Notes under the pieces: generated by a model
The model's input: only the letters and a program-made list of their open reading frames with translations
What the model was told of the DNA's origin: nothing
The model's database searches: none
In this document: piece after piece, positions 10,771-21,145 of the stretch
How positions within the stretch are numbered: the stretch's first letter is position 1
How the letters are laid out: each line of letters starts with the position of its first letter
Source: Vulcanimicrobiota bacterium
GTDB taxonomy: Bacteria; Vulcanimicrobiota; Vulcanimicrobiia; Vulcanimicrobiales; Vulcanimicrobiaceae
NCBI GenBank assembly: GCA_963795855.1
Contig: CAWCIZ010000002.1
Location: 160,001 to 224,000 of the forward strand
DNA: 64,000 nucleotides
Direction: 5' to 3'
Made by a program: the position numbers and the translations under genes

Positions 10771-13038
10771 TCATATGTGGGCCGTCACTTCCGCCGCGCG
10801 AGCGAGATTCCGTTCGAGTTGCGATTTGCCCGGCAAATACTGCACCGGCCATTCCATCGCCGTGTAACCGAGCTGCGCCGCGGCGTGCAGCGTCCAACAT
10901 GGATCTGCGAGGTGCGGCCGGCCGAGCGCGCACAGATCCGCGCGCCCCGCCGCGATGATTCCGTTCACATGATCGGGTTCGAAGATATTGCCCACCGCCA
11001 TCGTCGCGATGCCGATTTCGTTGCGGATGCGATCGGCGTACGGCGTCTGATACATCCGTCCGTATATGGGTTTTGCCTCGCGCGATGTTTGCCCGGTGGA
11101 AACGTCGATGAGATCCGCACCGGCGTTCTTGAACGCACGAGCGACTTCGACGGCGTCTTCCGCCGTTATGCCGCCGTCGACCCAATCCGTCGCGGAGATG
11201 CGCACGGACATCGGACGCTCTTGCGGCCATGCTTCGCGCATCGCGCGAAAGACCTCGAGCGGATACCGCAGCCGGTTTTCCAGCGTCCCGCCGTACTGGT
11301 CCGTTCGTGCGTTCTGCAGCGGCGTGATGAAGCTCGAGAGCAGATAGCCGTGGGCGCAATGCAGTTCGATCATGTCGAAGCCGGCGTCGATACCCATCTT
11401 CACCGCGCGCACGAATTCGTGGCGCACGCGTTCCATGTCGGCGCGCGTCATCTCCGCGGGCGTTTGATTCTGCGGTCCGTACGGCAAAGCGGAGGGCCCG
11501 ATGACGGGCCAATTTCCGTCGAGGAGCGGCTCGTCCATGCCCTCCCACATCAGTTTCGTCGAACCTTTCGGCCCGCTGTGCCCGAGTTGGAGGCACATCC
11601 TCGCGGCACTCCATTCGTGCACGAAATCGACGATGCGTTTCCAAGCGGCTGCGTGTTCGGGTTTGTACATGCCGGTGCAGCCGGGCGTGATACGGCCTTC
11701 GGCGCTTACGCACGTCATCTCGGTATAAACGAGACCCGCACCGCCCAGTGCGCGGCTGCCCAAATGCACGAGGTGAAATTCGCCGGGCGTACCGTCGACC
11801 GCGCTGTACATGTCCATGGGCGAGACGACAACGCGGTTGCGCACCTCGAGGTGACGCAAACGAAACGGCGTGAACATCGGCGGGACTGGTTCGCTTCCCC
11901 GCGCGAGCCAACGTTCGATTCGCTCGACATAGGCTTTATCGCGCAGACGCAGATTCTCGTGACTGATCCGCTGACTGCGAGTAAGCAGACTGTAAGCAAA
12001 CTGCTCCGGGGGCAGTTTCGCGTAGCGGGCGACGTTTTCGAACCATTCCGTACTGTTGCGCGCCGCGTTTTGCAGGCGCAGCACTTCGACGCGCCGCTCG
12101 CTTTCGTACCTAGCAAGCGCCCCCTGGCGTTGGGGCTCTTCGCTCAATGCTCGCTGCAGAGCGATCGCGTCCTCCATCGCGAGTTTCGTGCCGGAACCGA
12201 CGGAGAAATGGGCCGAGTGCGCCGCATCACCCAGCAGCACGACGTTCCCGTACGTCCAGTTCGCGTTGCTCACGCGCGTAAAGTTCAGCCAGTCGCGGCC
12301 TTGCAGGTGCGCTGAGTTCGCCATGAGCTTGTGACCGCGCAGGTACGGACGAAAAAGTTGTTCGCAGAAGGCAATCGTTTCTTGGGTTCCGGCCCGGTCC
12401 AGGCCGTGCGCGAGCCACGTTTCCTCGCGGCATTCGACGATCCACGTGCTGGTATGCTCGTCAAAACGGTAGGCGTGAACCGTGAACCATCCGTGCGGCG
12501 TTTCCTCGAAAACGAACGTGAACGCGTCGAGAGGCAACGTCGTGCCGAGCCAAACGAAGCGGCATTTGCGCGTGTCGAGATTCGGCTGGAATTCGGATTC
12601 GTACAGCTTTCGGATGCGGCTGTTGATGCCATCCGACGCGACGATGAGGTCGGCGTCAGGGTAAGCGTCGACGCCGGCTACCTCACGTTCGAACTCCAGT
12701 TCCACGCCGAGTTCTTCTGCGCGCCGCTGCAGAATATTGAGCAGCCGCTTGCGCGCGATTCCCGAGAACCCGTGTCCGCCGGATCGCATGACGTGCCCTT
12801 TGAAGTGAATCTCGATGTCGTCCCAGTGCGCGAAACTCTCCACGATCTCGTCGTGCGTTTTGGCGTCGGCCGCGCGGAGATTTTCGAGCGTCGCGTCGGA
12901 AAACACGACGCCCCAGCCGAACGTGTCATAGGGGCGGTTACGCTCGACGACGCGGATGCGGTTAGCGGGATCCGCCTTTTTCATCAGCAATCCGAAGTAC
13001 AGTCCGGCGGGTCCGCCGCCGATGCACACGACGTTCAC
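10771..13038 (-). CDS. Bifunctional salicylyl-CoA 5-hydroxylase / anthraniloyl-CoA monooxygenase-reductase (AbmA/SdgC-like)
   Basis: FAD monooxygenase ([35 protein letters not shown]) fused to an OYE-like domain ([20 protein letters not shown]). Confidence 0.93.
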   Translation of the reverse strand: MNVVCIGGGPAGLYFGLLMKKADPANRIRVVERNRPYDTFGWGVVFSDATLENLRAADAKTHDEIVESFAHWDDIEIHFKGHVMRSGGHGFSGIARKRLLNILQRRAEELGVELEFEREVAGVDAYPDADLIVASDGINSRIRKLYESEFQPNLDTRKCRFVWLGTTLPLDAFTFVFEETPHGWFTVHAYRFDEHTSTWIVECREETWLAHGLDRAGTQETIAFCEQLFRPYLRGHKLMANSAHLQGRDWLNFTRVSNANWTYGNVVLLGDAAHSAHFSVGSGTKLAMEDAIALQRALSEEPQRQGALARYESERRVEVLRLQNAARNSTEWFENVARYAKLPPEQFAYSLLTRSQRISHENLRLRDKAYVERIERWLARGSEPVPPMFTPFRLRHLEVRNRVVVSPMDMYSAVDGTPGEFHLVHLGSRALGGAGLVYTEMTCVSAEGRITPGCTGMYKPEHAAAWKRIVDFVHEWSAARMCLQLGHSGPKGSTKLMWEGMDEPLLDGNWPVIGPSALPYGPQNQTPAEMTRADMERVRHEFVRAVKMGIDAGFDMIELHCAHGYLLSSFITPLQNARTDQYGGTLENRLRYPLEVFRAMREAWPQERPMSVRISATDWVDGGITAEDAVEVARAFKNAGADLIDVSTGQTSREAKPIYGRMYQTPYADRIRNEIGIATMAVGNIFEPDHVNGIIAAGRADLCALGRPHLADPCWTLHAAAQLGYTAMEWPVQYLPGKSQLERNLARAAEVTAHI

Positions 13039-13042
13039 GCGG

Positions 13043-13817
13043 TTATATCTCCATGTCGTATTCGAGGATCACCGGCGCATGATCCGAAAAACGTTCGTCC
13101 CGGTAAATCGACGCGGTTCGCACGGCGCCGCGCAAATCCGGCGTCACGAGATGGTAGTCGATACGCCAGCCGTTGTTGCGTTCGAAGGCGGCCTGAAAAT
13201 TCGACCACCAACTGAACTGCTTGGGCTCTTGGTTCACGACCCGAAAGGCGTCGACCCACTGCAAGTCCGAGAGCACGCCGTCCATCCAGGCACGCTCGTG
13301 CGGAAAGAATCCGGAGATCCGGCTGCAACGCACGGGATTATAGACGTCGACGTCTTTGTGCGCGATGTTGAAGTCGCCCGCCACGATGAACGAACGTCCG
13401 CTTTCGCGTAAACGCCGAAGCTCGCCGTAAAAACGCTCCATGAACGCCTCCTTCACGACTTGGCGCACCGGACCCATGGCGCCGGAAGGCATGTAAAACG
13501 ACACGATGCTGAGCGCGCCGTAGTCGAACTGCACCCAGCGCGCCTCGCGATCGTATTCGGGCCACCCCAGACCGCGAACGACCTTGTCCGGCGCGCGCTT
13601 CGCATAGATTGCGACGCCGCTGTAACCTTTTTTCTCCGCATCGACAAAGACGCCGGTGTAGTGCGAAACGCGCGGCAGCCTCGAGCGGCAGCTGATGTTC
13701 CTGCGCCTTCGTTTCCTGCAGGCACACGAAGTCCGCGTCCTGCGCCTGCATCCACGGATAGAACCCTTTGCGCGCCGCGGATCGAATCCCGTTGCAGTTC
13801 AGCGAGACGATCTTCAG
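13043..13817 (-). CDS. xth: Exodeoxyribonuclease III / AP endonuclease (frameshift near 13670; start uncertain)
   Basis: [35 protein letters not shown]. Confidence 0.92.
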
Positions 13818-14476
13818 CGTTTGCGCACCACCATCAGCCCGTCTCCGATGGGGAGAAGCGATGCGTCGACGCGCTCGTCGCGACCGATCTTCTCGTTCAG
13901 CGCGCGCAGTGCCCGCGTGTCCTCGTCCGTGGTTTGCGCGTCCGCCACCCTGCCGCTCCAAAGGACGTTGTCGATCGTGATGAGCGCGTTGGAGCGCAGC
14001 AGCGTGAGGCAGCGTTCGTAGTACGCGTCGTAGCCGGTTTTGTCGGCATCGATATAAGCGAAGTCATAGCGGCCGGCCTCGCCCGCCGCGATCAACTCGT
14101 CGAGCGTGCGCGCTGCGGGCGCGATGCGCAGATCGATCTTCGCTTCGACGCCGGCGCGTTGCCAATACCGCCGCGCGACGGCGGTATAGTCCTCGCTCAC
14201 GTCGCACGCGACGATTCGCCCATCGGCAGGCAGCGCGAGCGCGACGCCGAGCGAGCTGTATCCGGTGAAGACACCGACCTCGATGCAGCGCCGAGCACCG
14301 ACGAGCCGCACCAGCAACTGCAGGAACTGCACCTGATCGGCGCCCGTCTGCATGCCGGCGTGGGGATGCTTTGCGGTTTCCTCGCGCAGCTCGCGCAATA
14401 CCGGAAGATCGCGCAGCGTCGTGTCGACGACGTACTGCTGGACGTTCTCGGGGAGATAAAACGATCGTGCGCTCAT
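13814..14476 (-). CDS. Class I SAM-dependent O-methyltransferase (caffeoyl-CoA OMT-like)
   Basis: IEVGVFTGYS, DFAYIDADK, IDNVLWSG. Confidence 0.92.
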   Translation of the reverse strand: MSARSFYLPENVQQYVVDTTLRDLPVLRELREETAKHPHAGMQTGADQVQFLQLLVRLVGARRCIEVGVFTGYSSLGVALALPADGRIVACDVSEDYTAVARRYWQRAGVEAKIDLRIAPAARTLDELIAAGEAGRYDFAYIDADKTGYDAYYERCLTLLRSNALITIDNVLWSGRVADAQTTDEDTRALRALNEKIGRDERVDASLLPIGDGLMVVRKR

Positions 14477-14491
14477 ACAATGCTTCCCCGC

Positions 14492-16078
14492 CTATCGTGC
14501 TCTGAGCATTTCGCGGGCGCAATTCCAGCCGGGTGCGCCCATCACGCCGCCGCCCGGGTGTGCCGCCGAACCGCACAGATACAAGCCCTTCACCGGCATT
14601 TTGTACCCTGCGAAGCCGGGAACGGGGCGGAACATGAAGAGTTTGTCGAGGTTCATCGCGCCTTGGAAGATGTTCCCGCCGGTCAAACCGAACGTCGCCT
14701 CCAGATCGCGAGGCGTGAGGATCTGCCGATCGATGACCGACTCCTTGAATCCGGGCGCGTAACGCTCGACGATGTCGAAGCACCTGTCGGCAAACGCGTT
14801 TTTCGTCGCATCGTTCCACTCGCCGTTTCTGACCGAATACGGCGCGTATTGCACGAACATCGACATGAGGTGTTTGCCCGGCGGCGCCACGGTCGGATCC
14901 ACGGACGACGGCATCGTGCATTCGACGACCGGCTCCCGCGAGGGCTGTCCGTACTTGGCATCGTCGTACGCCCGCTCGATGAAATCCTGATCGGGGCACA
15001 AATGGACGGTTCCGCGATGCTGCGGGCCGGGTTGGTTTCCGGGGAGCGCGGAGAAGCTCGGCAGACGCTCGAGCGCGACGTTGATTTTCGCCGACGCGCT
15101 CTCGTAACTGATGCGGTTGACCGCAGCGTGAAATGCAGGCGGAACGTCCGCCGCGTCGAGTAATTTGTTGAAGGTAACGTTGCAATCGGCGTTGCTCGCC
15201 ACGACTTTGGCGCGATATTCGTCGCCGTTTTCAAGAGCGACGCCCGTTACGGCGCCTGCGCTGGTTAGAATCTTCGCGACTTCGGCACCCGTGCGAATCT
15301 CGACGCCGAGATCTTTCGCAGCTTTGGCAAGAGCCTGCGTCAACCCGCCCATGCCGCCTTTGACGTACGCCCAAACGCCGCGTTTGCCGTTCGTTTCCCC
15401 CATGACGTGATGGAAAAGCACGTACGCGGTGCCCGGCATAGACGGAGATGCGAACGCACCGATGATCGCATCGGTCGCGAGCGTCGCTTTGAGTTGTTCC
15501 GATTCGAACCAGCGATCCAGAATCGGACGCGCGGCGCCGGTGAGAACTTCGAGCGCCTCGTCGATGCCGCTGCCGAGTTTGTGCGCACTCTTGCCGAGCG
15601 CGGCAAGCTGCAGAAAGTCGCCGATGCCCGGTTTGACGACGTTCGGAGGCGCCTGCACCAGCGTCGGCTCGATCACGGAGGCTACCCGCAACAGCATGTC
15701 TTCGTATTTCGCATAGTTGCGCGCGTCGGCATCGCTGAATTTGGCAATCTCGCGAACGTTCTGCTCGGCGGATCCGCCGAGCATCAGGTAGCGCCCGTCC
15801 GGAAACGGCGAAAACGACGCCGGGTTGCGCTCGATGAGTTCGAAGCCGTACTCCGTGAGTTTGAGGTCCCGAACGATTTCCGGGCGAAAAAGACTATTGA
15901 CGTACGCAGCAGTCGACACTTTGAAACCCGGGAACGTGCGCTCTTCGGTCACGCAAGCGCCGCCGACGATGTACCGGCGCTCGAGCACCAGCACTTTTCG
16001 GCCGGCGCGGGCCAAGTAACATGCGGCAACCAAACCGTTATGGCCCCCGCCGACGATGATGGCGTCGTAGGTGTTCAT
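14492..16078 (-). CDS. Phytoene desaturase-family FAD oxidoreductase (PYROXD2-like)
   Basis: GGGHNGLVAA..LAR.G, GGACVTEE, YLCGSAAHPGGGVMGAPG. Confidence 0.88.
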   Translation of the reverse strand: MNTYDAIIVGGGHNGLVAACYLARAGRKVLVLERRYIVGGACVTEERTFPGFKVSTAAYVNSLFRPEIVRDLKLTEYGFELIERNPASFSPFPDGRYLMLGGSAEQNVREIAKFSDADARNYAKYEDMLLRVASVIEPTLVQAPPNVVKPGIGDFLQLAALGKSAHKLGSGIDEALEVLTGAARPILDRWFESEQLKATLATDAIIGAFASPSMPGTAYVLFHHVMGETNGKRGVWAYVKGGMGGLTQALAKAAKDLGVEIRTGAEVAKILTSAGAVTGVALENGDEYRAKVVASNADCNVTFNKLLDAADVPPAFHAAVNRISYESASAKINVALERLPSFSALPGNQPGPQHRGTVHLCPDQDFIERAYDDAKYGQPSREPVVECTMPSSVDPTVAPPGKHLMSMFVQYAPYSVRNGEWNDATKNAFADRCFDIVERYAPGFKESVIDRQILTPRDLEATFGLTGGNIFQGAMNLDKLFMFRPVPGFAGYKMPVKGLYLCGSAAHPGGGVMGAPGWNCAREMLRAR

Positions 16079-16133
16079 GCGCGGAAAGTACTATTGAATG
16101 ACCCTTAACCCTTTGACCGGTCCGGGGTGACAC

Positions 16134-16313
16134 ATGCTGCGCTTTCTCCTCGCCATCGTCTCGCCCGTCATGCTTACCGTCGCCGTTCCGCTGGCGAACC
16201 GCGTCGAGCCGCGCCTTTTCGGTTTTCCGTTTCTGCTCGTTTGGATATTTCTTTGGGTCGCGGTCACGCCGCTCTGCCTCTACGGAGTCTACAGGTTGGA
16301 GAAACGCGCGTGA
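16134..16313 (+). CDS. Small membrane partner of the symporter (DUF3311/YhjC-like), 59 aa; not in ORF track
   Basis: MLRFLLAIVSPVMLTVAVPLANRVEPRLFGFPFLLVWIFLWVAVTPLCLYGVYRLEKRA*; stop overlaps symporter GTG (GTGA). Confidence 0.85.
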   Translation: MLRFLLAIVSPVMLTVAVPLANRVEPRLFGFPFLLVWIFLWVAVTPLCLYGVYRLEKRA

Positions 16314-17752
16314 GCGGCGCCGTAACGGCGCTGATCATCACGGGCGCGATACTGGTCGGCACGATTACCTTCGCGCTGTACAGCGTACGCCGCATCAAAA
16401 TGGATCCGCAGGAGTATATCGTCGGCGGGCGATCGTTCGGCGCGCTGTTCTTATGGATTCTGCTCGCCGGTGAAGTCTACACGAGTTTCACGTTTCTCGG
16501 CGCGGCGGGATGGGCTTATGGAAAAGGCGCACCCGCGTTCTACATCCTGGCGTACGGCACTATCGGCTACATCATCGGCTACTTCTATCTTCCCGAAGTC
16601 TGGCGAATCGGCAAGGAGCGCGGCCTTCTCACCTCGCCGGATTTTTTTCAGGTGCGGTACGGCAGCAGGCCGCTTACGACGGGCGTCGCGATACTGCAAT
16701 TTCTGCTCATCATCCCGTACGTGACCCTGCAGCTCACCGGGGTTCAAATCGTGCTTTCAATCGCCGGTTACGGTCACTACAACGCGACCATCGCCGTGGG
16801 TGTCGCATTCGCGCTAATCGTCATCTTCACGTTCACCGCGGGCCTGCACGGCGCGGCGTGGGGCAGCATCGTCAAAGACGCGCTCGTGCTCGGAGCAGTC
16901 GTCTTTGCCGGAATCGTCCTTCCGCTGCACTTCTTCGGATCGTTCGGAACGCTCTTCAACCGCGTACTCGCCGCGTCTCCGCATTGGCTGACCCTCGCGC
17001 CGGGGAGCGCTCCTATGGGAGTAAACTGGTACGTCTCGACGGTGCTGCTCACGAGCATCGGTTTCTACATGGGTCCGCATTCGATAGCGGCCGTGTACGC
17101 CGCGCGCAACGGCGATACGATTCGCCGCAACGCAATATTCCTGCCGCTCTACCAGCTCGTGATGCTGCTGGTTTTTCTTGCGGGATTCACGGCGCTCGTG
17201 GTCACGCCGGGCCTAAAGGGCGCGGCGGCGGATCAGTCGTTTCTGCTGGTCGTGCGGCAATACTACCCGGCTTGGGTACTGGGCATCGTCGGCGGCGCCG
17301 GCTGCTTGGCGGCGCTTCTCCCCGCTTCGGCGCAATTGCTCGGCGCATCGAGCGTCTTCGCGCACAACGTGCTGGGGCACGCGCGCTGGACTCGGCTATT
17401 CGTCGTCATCATCGCGGCCGGTGCGTTCGGGATGTGGCTCTTCTGGAACAAAACGCTGGTGGATTTACTGCTGCTGTACTATAACGGCGTCACGCAATTC
17501 ATGCCGGCCTTTATCTTCGGCATCTATTGGAAGCGCGCAACCGCGCTTTCGATCGGCGCGGGCATCGTCTGCGGAGAAGCCGTTGCGTTTTACCTGTGGC
17601 ATCACAACGTCAGCCTGTGGGGCGTGAATCCCGGATTCTTCGCGCTCCTGATAAACGTGGCAGTGTGCGTCGCGGTAGCGCTGGCGCAAAACCGCGACGA
17701 AACACCGCTTTCCGGCGAACGGACATCCCGTTCACCCGGTACTAATGCCTGA
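16310..17752 (+). CDS. Sodium:solute symporter (YhjB/PutP family)
   Basis: EYIVGGRSFG, GEVYTSFTFLGAAGWAY, many TM helices. Confidence 0.92.
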   Translation: MSGAVTALIITGAILVGTITFALYSVRRIKMDPQEYIVGGRSFGALFLWILLAGEVYTSFTFLGAAGWAYGKGAPAFYILAYGTIGYIIGYFYLPEVWRIGKERGLLTSPDFFQVRYGSRPLTTGVAILQFLLIIPYVTLQLTGVQIVLSIAGYGHYNATIAVGVAFALIVIFTFTAGLHGAAWGSIVKDALVLGAVVFAGIVLPLHFFGSFGTLFNRVLAASPHWLTLAPGSAPMGVNWYVSTVLLTSIGFYMGPHSIAAVYAARNGDTIRRNAIFLPLYQLVMLLVFLAGFTALVVTPGLKGAAADQSFLLVVRQYYPAWVLGIVGGAGCLAALLPASAQLLGASSVFAHNVLGHARWTRLFVVIIAAGAFGMWLFWNKTLVDLLLLYYNGVTQFMPAFIFGIYWKRATALSIGAGIVCGEAVAFYLWHHNVSLWGVNPGFFALLINVAVCVAVALAQNRDETPLSGERTSRSPGTNA

Positions 17753-18884
17753 GTTCGATGACCGTGTTGTTGTTGTCGTCGTTGAAGTAGAGTTTCGCCG
17801 TTGCCGGCGTCGTGCCGGTAGCGACCATGCCGAAGATGGAACCCGCGGCACCTGCGTCGACGTTGCGCACGAAAACGACTTTGCCGGAGGGCGTAATCTC
17901 GACCATTAGATTTTGGCCGTTCGGGTCGAGCGTATTGCCTACGGCAATGTTGCCGCCGGGAAGGATCGCCGAGCTTATAGGTCCGTTGAGCGGCGCACCC
18001 GCATAAATCACGTGCGCGGACGATGCTTGCTTGCCGGTAAAGGTCATGCCGTGCACCGCAATGCCGCCGGCAACGACCTTTGAAATGTCGTCTATCGCAT
18101 ACAGCGCGTTGTTCGTTCCGTCGACGACGTACAAGCGATCGCCGGCGGGCTGATAATTCAATCCGGACGGCCCTAGGATGCTGCCCGGAACGCCGTGATT
18201 GACCGGGAACCCTGTGGCGATGGTTGCGAATTCGAATCGCGGCCCTGGAAACACGTAGACTCGCACGAGACTTCCGTCGCCCGCGTTGCTGACGTAGAAT
18301 GCCGGAACGCTGATGGAATTGACCGGCGGGACGAAGGCTTGCCCGAACGGATGGTGCCACGTGAATTGGCCGAGCGTCGTAAGCAAAGCGCCGTTTGAAC
18401 TGAAGATGGGATTGTCGTTGGCGGAAAACGCGGCCAGCCAGATCGCGCCGTTCGGCGATGCGGCGAGTGCGTCGCATCCGTTCAGCGTAGAGTTGGTCGC
18501 GATGTCGACCGGTTTCGAACCCGGTACGGGATGCAAAGCCAGAACGGACGTGCCCGTTCCTTGTACGTTTTCCTTGTCATTGAAATCGCAGACGATCAAA
18601 TCGCCCGCCGATATCTTGCCCGAACTGATCTTCGCGACGTCGAGTCCGTACGGATTGACGTTGCGGCTGAGGGGATCGACCGCGGAGCCGATGGACTGCT
18701 CGTGCACGAGCATTGCGAGCACGGAACTGGTTCCGGAAGCCGCAAGCGCTTCGGTGTTTCGAGTCTGGAGGCTCTGGGGTGCCGTCCCGGTTTGCGGCAT
18801 CGATCCGGACGAAGAGGAGCATGCCGCGAGTGCCGTCAGCGCCGCCGCTGCGGCTGCTGCGGAAAGGAGTCGCTGGTATACCAT
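17742..18884 (-). CDS. Secreted lipoprotein, probable beta-propeller
   Basis: GGGAGG RBS, signal peptide ending LAAC, NPYGL/GPSGL blade-like motifs. Confidence 0.75.
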   Translation of the reverse strand: MVYQRLLSAAAAAAALTALAACSSSSGSMPQTGTAPQSLQTRNTEALAASGTSSVLAMLVHEQSIGSAVDPLSRNVNPYGLDVAKISSGKISAGDLIVCDFNDKENVQGTGTSVLALHPVPGSKPVDIATNSTLNGCDALAASPNGAIWLAAFSANDNPIFSSNGALLTTLGQFTWHHPFGQAFVPPVNSISVPAFYVSNAGDGSLVRVYVFPGPRFEFATIATGFPVNHGVPGSILGPSGLNYQPAGDRLYVVDGTNNALYAIDDISKVVAGGIAVHGMTFTGKQASSAHVIYAGAPLNGPISSAILPGGNIAVGNTLDPNGQNLMVEITPSGKVVFVRNVDAGAAGSIFGMVATGTTPATAKLYFNDDNNNTVIELRH

Positions 18885-18918
18885 GAAGCCCTCCCATTGA
18901 AGATTTGGGGGATCAGTC

Positions 18919-18950
18919 ACGGTAGCGCGCCTCTATGAAGAATCTCTGAA
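18919..18950 (-). promoter_or_regulatory. Putative OmpR/PhoB-type direct-repeat box and -10
   Basis: TTCAGAGA and TTCATAGA repeated at 11-bp period, 7 nt upstream of TACCGT. Confidence 0.5.
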
Positions 18951-18958
18951 GCGCCGCG

Positions 18959-18990
18959 AAAAGAAAAAGCCGCCCGAGGGGCGGCCTTTT
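18959..18990 (-). terminator. Intrinsic terminator after the zinc-ribbon gene
   Basis: Minus strand GCCGCCC-CTC-GGGCGGC followed by TTTTTCTTTT. Confidence 0.85.
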
Positions 18991-19005
18991 CGAACGAAGC
19001 GCCTT

Positions 19006-19323
19006 CTAGCGGTAGGACGGACGCGACTGGAAGCAGTCGCGGCAGTACACCGGCTTGTCGCCGCGCGGCTGGAACGGCACCTCGGCGACGCCGCCGCACT
19101 GGCTGCACGTGGCCTGGTACATTTCGCGTCGCTGGCCGCCGCCGCCGCCCATTCCGGACCCGCCGCCCGAGCTGTTGCGCATCTGCTTGCGCGCTTGTCG
19201 GCAATCGGGGCAGCGATTCGGTTTGTTCTGAAAACCTTTGCTTGCGTAGAACTGCTGTTCCCCGGCCGTGAACGCGAATTGACGTCCGCAATCCACACAG
19301 TTCAGCATTTCATCAACGTACAC
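19006..19323 (-). CDS. Zinc-ribbon + CxxC-x17-CxxC domain protein (putative nucleic-acid binding)
   Basis: CVDC...FTAGEQQFY.SKGF.NKPNRCPDC, Gly-rich linker, CSQC...VPFQP...PVYCRDC; AAGGAG RBS, GTG start. Confidence 0.92.
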   Translation of the reverse strand: MYVDEMLNCVDCGRQFAFTAGEQQFYASKGFQNKPNRCPDCRQARKQMRNSSGGGSGMGGGGGQRREMYQATCSQCGGVAEVPFQPRGDKPVYCRDCFQSRPSYR

Positions 19324-19428
19324 TAAACGAGACTCCTTGTTACGTGGTTTGTTTGGGCCTGATTCGACTCGCCTAGGTACCTTTGAGAACGGACACTGCG
19401 ACGGACTTCGAACCTGATTTACCCGGCA

Positions 19429-19457
19429 ATCCTACCACGCGGCTTTGGGAAATGCAA
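19429..19457 (-). promoter_or_regulatory. Sigma70-type promoter of the zinc-ribbon gene
   Basis: TTGCAT-17 nt-TAGGAT with extended TG. Confidence 0.75.
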
Positions 19458-19459
19458 TT

Positions 19460-19900
19460 TCAAGTAGTTCGCTTCGAAAAGGTAAACGAGCCGAAAATTT
19501 CTTGAAAGAAATACAACGGTCCAATAAGGAGATAAATGAAATTCTCCAAGAACTTCGGTTTGTTGCCTTCGAAGCGATGCCCGGCGAGTTGGACTATCCA
19601 CCCGAAGACGAAGAGTCCGACACTGAGCTGCCATGGCACGTACATCGCAATGCCGTATAACGCGGCGAATGCAACTGCACTGATGAGGGCGCCGCGTGCG
19701 TCGAGCGCGACGTAGTAGAGTAGGACCGCGATGGCGGTCACGACCGCCGGATCGACAGGACCGATGCGCAGCAACGGACTGGCGTGCAATAGCCCCAGAA
19801 GCCCTAACACGATAAGCGGGATGCCGACGGCGTGCGCGCGGCGATTCCGGACGTCTTGATGATATCCGGCGTAGTCGGCGTAGAGCTGTTCCTTGGTCAT
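19460..19900 (-). CDS. DUF962/Mpo1-like membrane protein
   Basis: YAGYHQD.RNR.AHAVGIP...WIVQLAGH.FEGNKP.F. Confidence 0.88.
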   Translation of the reverse strand: MTKEQLYADYAGYHQDVRNRRAHAVGIPLIVLGLLGLLHASPLLRIGPVDPAVVTAIAVLLYYVALDARGALISAVAFAALYGIAMYVPWQLSVGLFVFGWIVQLAGHRFEGNKPKFLENFIYLLIGPLYFFQEIFGSFTFSKRTT

Positions 19901-19961
19901 GGTAACTGGAGTCCCAAATCGTGTGCCAGGGTATGCTTCGTTTCCGACAAAAGTCCCTGCC

Positions 19962-21137
19962 ATGGCGGTGACCGGGGTTCCCGAAAAACTGGCCGGCGAG
20001 GTCGTCGAACTGCGCCGCGATTTCCATATGCATCCGGAGCTCGGCTTCGAGGAGCATCGCACCGCTGGTATTGCGGCAGACCGTTTGCGAACGCTGGGCT
20101 ACGACGTGCACGAGGGTATTGCCGGAACCGGCGTCGTCGGAGTCATGCGTGGCGCGCTTCCCGGGCGCACGATCATGCTCAGAGCCGATATGGACGCGCT
20201 TCCGATTCTCGAAGAAAACTCGCATCAGTACCGCTCGCGCGTCGACGGCAAAATGCATGCGTGCGGACACGACGGTCACGTAGCGATGCTGCTCGGCGCA
20301 GCCGAACTCATCGCGAACGGAAAAGATCTGTTGCCGGGAACCGTTTGCCTGGTCTTTCAGCCGGCCGAAGAAGGCCACGGCGGCGCCAAAGTGATGGTCG
20401 AGGAAGGCACGATCGAACGGTTCGGCATCGAGCGCGCCTACGGACTGCACCTGAACACGAAACTTCCCGCGGGAACGCTCGGATTTCGCGAGGGACCGTT
20501 TTACGCGTCCAGCGATTCGATCGAGATCGAAGTGCTCGGAAAAGGCGGCCACGGTTCGGCGCCGCACGACGCGGTCGATCCGATTTACACCGCCGCGAAC
20601 TTCATCACGTCGGTGCAGCAGGTGGTCTCGCGCCACGTCGATCCGATAGAGCCGTCGGTCGTGACGATCGGTTCCATACATGGCGGCACCATTCACAACG
20701 TCATTCCGCGCACCGTCCGAATGCTGGGCACGGTTCGCGCGTTTTCGGACGACGTGCGCAGCGCAATGCCGTCACGCATCGAACGCGTGCTCAAGTCCTG
20801 CTGCGACGCAATGGGCGCGTCGTACGAATTCAACTATTTGTGGCGCTATCCGGTGACGGCGAACGATCCCGATCAAACTCGCTATGCGCGTTCGCTTGCC
20901 GAGCGCACGATCCCCGGCGAGCGCGTCGTGACCGCGGACAAACTCATGGGCGCCGAGGACTTCTCATTTTTCGCGCAGCGCGTACCGGCGTGCTTTTACT
21001 CGTTGGGCGCGCGCGGCGGAACTGACACGGCGAATCCTCACCATTCGAGCACGTTCGACATTGACGAGAGCGCGCTCGCGGTCGGCGTCGCGATGATGAC
21101 CGCCCTCGCGTTCGACGCTCCTAAAAACGCGCCCTGA
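19962..21137 (+). CDS. M20D family amidohydrolase
   Basis: HPELGFEE, RADMDALP, MHACGHDGH, FQPAEE, GAEDF. Confidence 0.95.
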   Translation: MAVTGVPEKLAGEVVELRRDFHMHPELGFEEHRTAGIAADRLRTLGYDVHEGIAGTGVVGVMRGALPGRTIMLRADMDALPILEENSHQYRSRVDGKMHACGHDGHVAMLLGAAELIANGKDLLPGTVCLVFQPAEEGHGGAKVMVEEGTIERFGIERAYGLHLNTKLPAGTLGFREGPFYASSDSIEIEVLGKGGHGSAPHDAVDPIYTAANFITSVQQVVSRHVDPIEPSVVTIGSIHGGTIHNVIPRTVRMLGTVRAFSDDVRSAMPSRIERVLKSCCDAMGASYEFNYLWRYPVTANDPDQTRYARSLAERTIPGERVVTADKLMGAEDFSFFAQRVPACFYSLGARGGTDTANPHHSSTFDIDESALAVGVAMMTALAFDAPKNAP

Positions 21138-21145
21138 GCGCGCTG

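Noticed and set aside
14492..16078. Carotenoid biosynthesis cluster
   Set aside because: No crtB, crtE or cyclase nearby; sequence fits the generic PYROXD2-like subfamily
16127..16309. N-terminal extension of the symporter in the ORF track
   Set aside because: Region encodes the 59-aa partner gene in another frame
19445..19660. Acidic 71-aa plus-strand ORF
   Set aside because: Lies antisense to the well-supported DUF962 gene
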